Shown here: positions 58,511 to 62,771 of the stretch, one piece after another | Layout of the letters: the number at the start of each line of letters is the position of its first letter | Numbering within the stretch: position 1 is the stretch's first letter | Assembly (NCBI GenBank): GCA_903875055.1 | Contig: CAIQUX010000247.1 | Span: 1 to 62,771, forward strand | Reading direction: 5' to 3' | DNA length: 62,771 nt | Source of the DNA: an uncultured Bacteroidota bacterium | Lineage (GTDB): Bacteria > Bacteroidota > Bacteroidia > Chitinophagales > Chitinophagaceae | Made by a program: the position numbers and the translations under genes | Notes under the pieces: model-generated | Database searches by the model: none | Told to the model about the DNA's origin: nothing | What the model saw: only the letters and a program-made list of their open reading frames with translations

Positions 58511-59749
58511 TTAGATATCAAGCAGCAATTTGGCAGGATCTTTCCCGGCCAAGAGAAGCAATGGGTTTTCAAGGAGTTCTTTGACACGCACCAGAAATCC
58601 GACGCTTTCCCGGCCGTCTATGATACGATGATCATAGCTTAACGCCAGATACATCATAGGCCGAATCACCACCTGACCGTTTATGGCCATAGGTCGGTCC
58701 TGAATCTTATGCATACCTAAAATCGCCGATTGAGGAATATTGATAATGGGAGTGCTCATCAAGGAGCCGAACACACCACCGTTGGTGATGGTAAAGGTTC
58801 CTCCGGTCATCTCTTCGATACTGAGTTTGTTCTCTTTGGCTTTTGTTGCCAGTTCAACCACTGCATGTTCGATCTCTGGCATACTCATGCTTTCGGCATT
58901 GCGTATTACGGGCACTACCAGTCCTTTAGGCGCGCTGACGGCAATGGAGATGTCGCAATAATCATGATAGATCATTTCATCGCCATCGATATAGGCATTC
59001 ACGGCTTTCCATTCCTGAAGCGCTATGCAACAGGCTTTCGTAAAGAAACTCATGAATCCTAATCCGACACCATGATAGGTTTTGAAGGCATCCTTATACT
59101 TGTTTCTCAATTCCATGATAGCGCCCATATCCACTTCGTTGAATGTGGTGAGCATGGCAGTACTGTTTTTAGCTTCGACCAATCGACGGCTGATAGTTCT
59201 GCGAAGATTACTCATCTTCACTTTGTTCTCATCGCGATTATTAAGTCTTGTACCGGGAAGAGTACCAGGTTTTTCAAGGGCCGAAAGGACATCATTTTTT
59301 GTAATACGTCCCAATGAACCGCTTCCTTTGACATGATGGACATCCATATGCTTCTCAGCAATCATTTGTGAGGCAAGCGGAGTGGCTTTGGGTTGAGGAG
59401 CAGCCACCGGAGCAGCGGCTTTGGTTTCAGGAATATTAAAATCAAGTGTAGGAGCCACAACCTTCACTTCTGCTTTGTCGGCTACGGGTTCAATGGCCGG
59501 TGTTGAAGGTCGTGCTGCCTCTGGGTCTATCTTACAGGCCACATCACCAATTTTCAGATCGTCGCCTTCCTTTGCTACCTGAATTAATATACCGGCTTGT
59601 TCGGCATTCAATTCAAAAGTTGCCTTTTCACTTTCAAGTTCACAAAGCACTTCATCACGTTCTACCCAGGCACCATCGGCTTTCGTCCATTTGATCAGGG
59701 TGACTTCGCTGATACTTTCGCCAACAGGAGGGACTTTCAATTCTATCAT
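58511..59749 (-). CDS. sucB: 2-oxoglutarate dehydrogenase E2 (dihydrolipoyl succinyltransferase)
   Basis: Lipoyl domain (GESISE...ESEKA), E3-binding domain (GSG..GRITK), [21 protein letters not shown]. Confidence 0.96.
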   Translation of the reverse strand: MIELKVPPVGESISEVTLIKWTKADGAWVERDEVLCELESEKATFELNAEQAGILIQVAKEGDDLKIGDVACKIDPEAARPSTPAIEPVADKAEVKVVAPTLDFNIPETKAAAPVAAPQPKATPLASQMIAEKHMDVHHVKGSGSLGRITKNDVLSALEKPGTLPGTRLNNRDENKVKMSNLRRTISRRLVEAKNSTAMLTTFNEVDMGAIMELRNKYKDAFKTYHGVGLGFMSFFTKACCIALQEWKAVNAYIDGDEMIYHDYCDISIAVSAPKGLVVPVIRNAESMSMPEIEHAVVELATKAKENKLSIEEMTGGTFTITNGGVFGSLMSTPIINIPQSAILGMHKIQDRPMAINGQVVIRPMMYLALSYDHRIIDGRESVGFLVRVKELLENPLLLLAGKDPAKLLLDI

Positions 59750-59864
59750 AACGATTCTGTATAAATATTTAAGTGGGGCAAATTTCGATTAAAATACTGA
59801 CAATAAAAATATTCAATTGGATAGAAGGAAATGGCCACGAACTGACATCGGTTCCCATAAAAAG

Positions 59865-59900
59865 AAAGAAGCCACTGCAAAATCTTGAGTGGCTTCTTTT
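59865..59900. terminator. Hairpin terminator downstream of the T9SS/PKD gene
   Basis: AAAGAAGCCACT ... AGTGGCTTCTTTT, with A/T tracts on both sides. Confidence 0.7.
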
Positions 59901-59921
59901 GTTTATCGTACAATGAAATGA

Positions 59922-61808
59922 CTATTCCTTGATAAATTTAAATGTATGCTGTTGACCATTCACTGATACTTCCGCAAAATAAAATCCAGGAGCAAGCGAA
60001 GATGCAGGTATTGAAATTGTTTTATTATTTGTAGAATTAATATATGTAAGTAATTTCTCACCAAGATAATTCTTTATCGAAATACGATCGATGATTTGAT
60101 TAGTAAAGCTGAGGTTTAAGAAATCATGAACCGGATTCGGATAATAATTCAAATTAGCATTGCCTGACAAGTCAGTAACACCTTGTGGGCCTACTACAAT
60201 CACCTTCGATGTTGTATCGTTTTTGCATCCTGTTCCTGCAATCACTAAAGTGACCGTATAAGTTCCAGGGGCGGAATAAGTATATGTTGGATTTTGATTT
60301 GAACTACCGTTCCCGTCACCAAATGTCCATATCCAAATGGTTGCTGTTGTAGAGCTATCAATGAAATTAAACGAATTTCCTGTGTTTGTATAGCCAAATT
60401 TAGCGTGAGATGCCGGCCTTGTGACAATATGAATGGTATCCGTGCTCTTGCATCCTGATGCATTGGTAACCTCAACAGACATCGCAATATTTGTACTTAC
60501 ATTAAATGTATCTCTTCTTGATGTCTTCCCGTCACTCCATAGATAGGTAGCTCCAAACGCATTAGTTGGAAGAGACGTTAATATAACCTGAGAACCCAAA
60601 CAAACTGTATCACCTGGACTTGCTGTAATAGTGAAACTTGTTCCACTGCTGACTGTTATATTGACTGCTGCTGTATCTGAACATCCGGTTGCAGCGGTTC
60701 CTTTTACTATATATTGTGTGCTGGTTGTTGGTGCTGCCAACGCAGAATCTCCTGCTGTTGAAGTGATATTTAATCCTGTTGTGGGTGACCATGTATATGT
60801 CAAGGCACCTGAAGCCACTAATTGAACTCCTGCAGTACCTGTGCAATACACCGCCGATGTAGGACTCACATTCACAGTTGGAGGAACTGTTGCTGTTACG
60901 ACCACACTATCAACTAACGTAGTATCTGAAAGTCCAGAGTATGAGCAATTGACAATACATCTGTAAAAGGTTGTGGCAGTAATTGTTCCTGTATTGGCCG
61001 TAGGTGAATTAGTGCCGATGGCCGTCCATGGTCCAGTAGCTGCCGTTGCTTTTGACCATGCGTAGGTGATACCTGAGAACCCGATAATTGGTGCTGTAAG
61101 ACTTAATGCGGTTGAACCAGTTCCTCCGCAAATCAGAGAATTTCCGTTTACAATAGTTCCGACATAAGGTGATCCGGTGCAAACAACCGGAAACTCATCA
61201 AATGAAATATCATCTATATAAATATAAGCACCTTGATTTACAACGGCACATTGACTGGTTCCTTCGAAAATAAAATGTGTGTTCGTACCGGTAAATGCGG
61301 CCGGAATCGGAAACGTATATTGATACCATCCGTTTACATGTTGAGTATCAGGAAGCGCTATCGTCCTGTTACGAGCTATAACACCCAGTCTTACTGCTGT
61401 TGAAGTTATAGTATCTGTTGAATTTACCCAAATTGTCAAACTATCCTGATTCGCAGCAACAAGACTGTCTCTGTACATCCATAAACTTAGATTTGCTGCA
61501 CTTGATCCACGATTTGTGTAATCAATTGGGCGGCTAACTAAAAGCTGTTGTCTACCTGCTGCAAAACTTCGACTTTTAAAGCGGGCTACAGCAGGGGCAC
61601 TATGAGGTGTGGCTGTCGGATTTGTAAGTGGAGTTGTTTGACGGTTCCACACATTTCCAGCAAGCGTTGCACTTGAGTCAGGTTTGATACTCCAACCTGT
61701 TGGTGGCCATGTGGTAGCGTTAAAGTTTTCGGTACTTACGATCTGGCTATGTCCGAAAAAGGAGCCAAGACACAAGGCGATTAAAAACAAGATAGATTTT
61801 TGATTCAT
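59922..61808 (-). CDS. T9SS type-A cargo surface protein (jelly-roll-like domain, Ig-like repeats, PKD domain)
   Basis: Signal peptide; ENF...WPP.GW...IDDI domain; TYTWSP and TYLWSDG repeats; WTFGDG...NP.YTY...G.Y.V.L PKD; YPNP...G.Y...FIK sorting domain. Confidence 0.88.
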   Translation of the reverse strand: MNQKSILFLIALCLGSFFGHSQIVSTENFNATTWPPTGWSIKPDSSATLAGNVWNRQTTPLTNPTATPHSAPAVARFKSRSFAAGRQQLLVSRPIDYTNRGSSAANLSLWMYRDSLVAANQDSLTIWVNSTDTITSTAVRLGVIARNRTIALPDTQHVNGWYQYTFPIPAAFTGTNTHFIFEGTSQCAVVNQGAYIYIDDISFDEFPVVCTGSPYVGTIVNGNSLICGGTGSTALSLTAPIIGFSGITYAWSKATAATGPWTAIGTNSPTANTGTITATTFYRCIVNCSYSGLSDTTLVDSVVVTATVPPTVNVSPTSAVYCTGTAGVQLVASGALTYTWSPTTGLNITSTAGDSALAAPTTSTQYIVKGTAATGCSDTAAVNITVSSGTSFTITASPGDTVCLGSQVILTSLPTNAFGATYLWSDGKTSRRDTFNVSTNIAMSVEVTNASGCKSTDTIHIVTRPASHAKFGYTNTGNSFNFIDSSTTATIWIWTFGDGNGSSNQNPTYTYSAPGTYTVTLVIAGTGCKNDTTSKVIVVGPQGVTDLSGNANLNYYPNPVHDFLNLSFTNQIIDRISIKNYLGEKLLTYINSTNNKTISIPASSLAPGFYFAEVSVNGQQHTFKFIKE

Positions 61809-61995
61809 GCTAATGAGTTTATGTTAGTTGAAGATGAAAGCGATATTGCTTACGGTTTCAAAAGTAGGGCAAGAATATATTAAATGGTAACAATGCCGTA
61901 ATGTGAGCACCCATCCATGGACTAATTGCTGCGTAGTAATTGATTTTAGAGACGAAGTAATCCATCTTGGGAAGCACTGACACAATCCCAGGCGA

Positions 61996-62745
61996 CTATT
62001 TATCGAGAAAAGCTGCTATTTCAGGCAGGGAGTCATACAATTGTTCGAACGAATCGATTACAAAATACTTGTCCTGCAATATATCCGTCCTGTAAGGCGT
62101 GTTCAGGATGGTGGCCACATCAAAAGGCAGATGGGTGGTCTTTTCACTCAGACAATGTTCCGTCTCTCCCTTGGAAGAAATAATACCGGCTCCGTAAATT
62201 TTAAGTTTGCCTTGCTCTCTGATCATCCCGAATTCGATCGTAAACCAATATAACCGTCCCAACAGATCTATCTTGTCCTGATTGTCGATATGTTTCAGGG
62301 CTATATCGCTCATACCTTTAAAGAAGTCGACATAGGGCTGATTCGAAAGCAAGGGCGCATGTCCGAACACATCATGAAACATGTCAGGCTCTTCCAGATA
62401 ATCGAGTTGGTCCATACTGCGGAGCCAGCAGGTGGCGGTGAATTTCTTTTGAGAAAGGAATTTGAAGAAGGTGGGGGTGGGACTGATATTCGGTACCACT
62501 TCAAGACTCCATCCTGTCAAAGGTTGCAGGATATCGGCCACTTCACTGAAATCAGGTATGCGCTCATTGGTGAATCGGATGGTCTTGATGGCATCGAGAT
62601 AGGCCGCCGACACATTGGGTGTGAGTATATTCATCTGACGGTCGTACAAGGTTTTCCAGACAAGGAAATCGTGTGGTGTGTACTCGGCATAAATCTGTTC
62701 GGTGGGGCGTTTGACCAAAGTTTCTGTTTCGTGATGTGTGTTCAT
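61996..62745 (-). CDS. phhA: Phenylalanine 4-monooxygenase (biopterin-dependent aromatic amino acid hydroxylase)
   Basis: DYLEEPDMFHDVFGHAP, RLYWFTIEFG, YGAGIISS.GE, Q..YFVIDSF. Confidence 0.95.
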   Translation of the reverse strand: MNTHHETETLVKRPTEQIYAEYTPHDFLVWKTLYDRQMNILTPNVSAAYLDAIKTIRFTNERIPDFSEVADILQPLTGWSLEVVPNISPTPTFFKFLSQKKFTATCWLRSMDQLDYLEEPDMFHDVFGHAPLLSNQPYVDFFKGMSDIALKHIDNQDKIDLLGRLYWFTIEFGMIREQGKLKIYGAGIISSKGETEHCLSEKTTHLPFDVATILNTPYRTDILQDKYFVIDSFEQLYDSLPEIAAFLDK

Positions 62746-62771
62746 TTTTAGTGGTTTTTAGGTATAAAAAA

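Noticed and set aside
61887..61902. GTAAC/GTAAT pair 11 bp apart upstream of the PKD gene
   Set aside because: Only two units, and in the opposite orientation relative to the gene; compatible with chance
54977..62745. tdo and phhA as an aromatic amino acid catabolic cluster
   Set aside because: They are separated by unrelated genes (tRNA, RsmB-like, sucB), and no shared operon or motif was seen
316..62751. Many short antisense or overlapping ORFs in the track (e.g. 3209-3577, 18730-19212, 29738-30208, 51548-52024, 62290-62751)
   Set aside because: They lie inside well-supported genes on the other strand or frame and show no recognisable motifs; they are shadow ORFs

Overview
This is a core-genome window from a Bacteroidota chromosome. 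The assignment rests on type IX secretion (T9SS) cargo proteins, TAnnTTTG -7 promoters and AT-rich translation starts without Shine-Dalgarno sequences; Chitinophagales-like is an inference. Bases 1-9336 hold the S10/spc ribosomal protein cluster (rpsS to rplO, secY, map), which stops before infA and the alpha operon. The most notable region is a ~13.5 kb phosphorus-acquisition locus at 17.4-31 kb. It contains a degenerate Rossmann-like ORF, a TonB-dependent transporter with no SusD partner, a T9SS-secreted acidic beta-helix-like protein, an OprO/P-like porin and pstSCAB, where PstC carries a PstS-like lobe. It ends with DUF47 and a Pit transporter bearing a ~220-aa insertion. Its promoters share 11-bp-periodic (G/A)TAA(C/T) repeat arrays, and a heptamer-periodic inverted repeat lies between DUF47 and pit. 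The rest of the window includes a FadL-SGNH pair, a LytS/LytTR pair, futalosine genes mqnB/mqnD, a PTPS-II-type synthase with folE and an SDR, scpA, panC, a GlgA-like/DUF4270/glmS block, pfkA, darAB, tdo, tRNA-Ser, an RsmB-like methyltransferase, sucB, a T9SS PKD protein and phhA. I saw no CRISPR array, rRNA, integrase or transposase. All family assignments come from motif recognition by eye; no database search was run.
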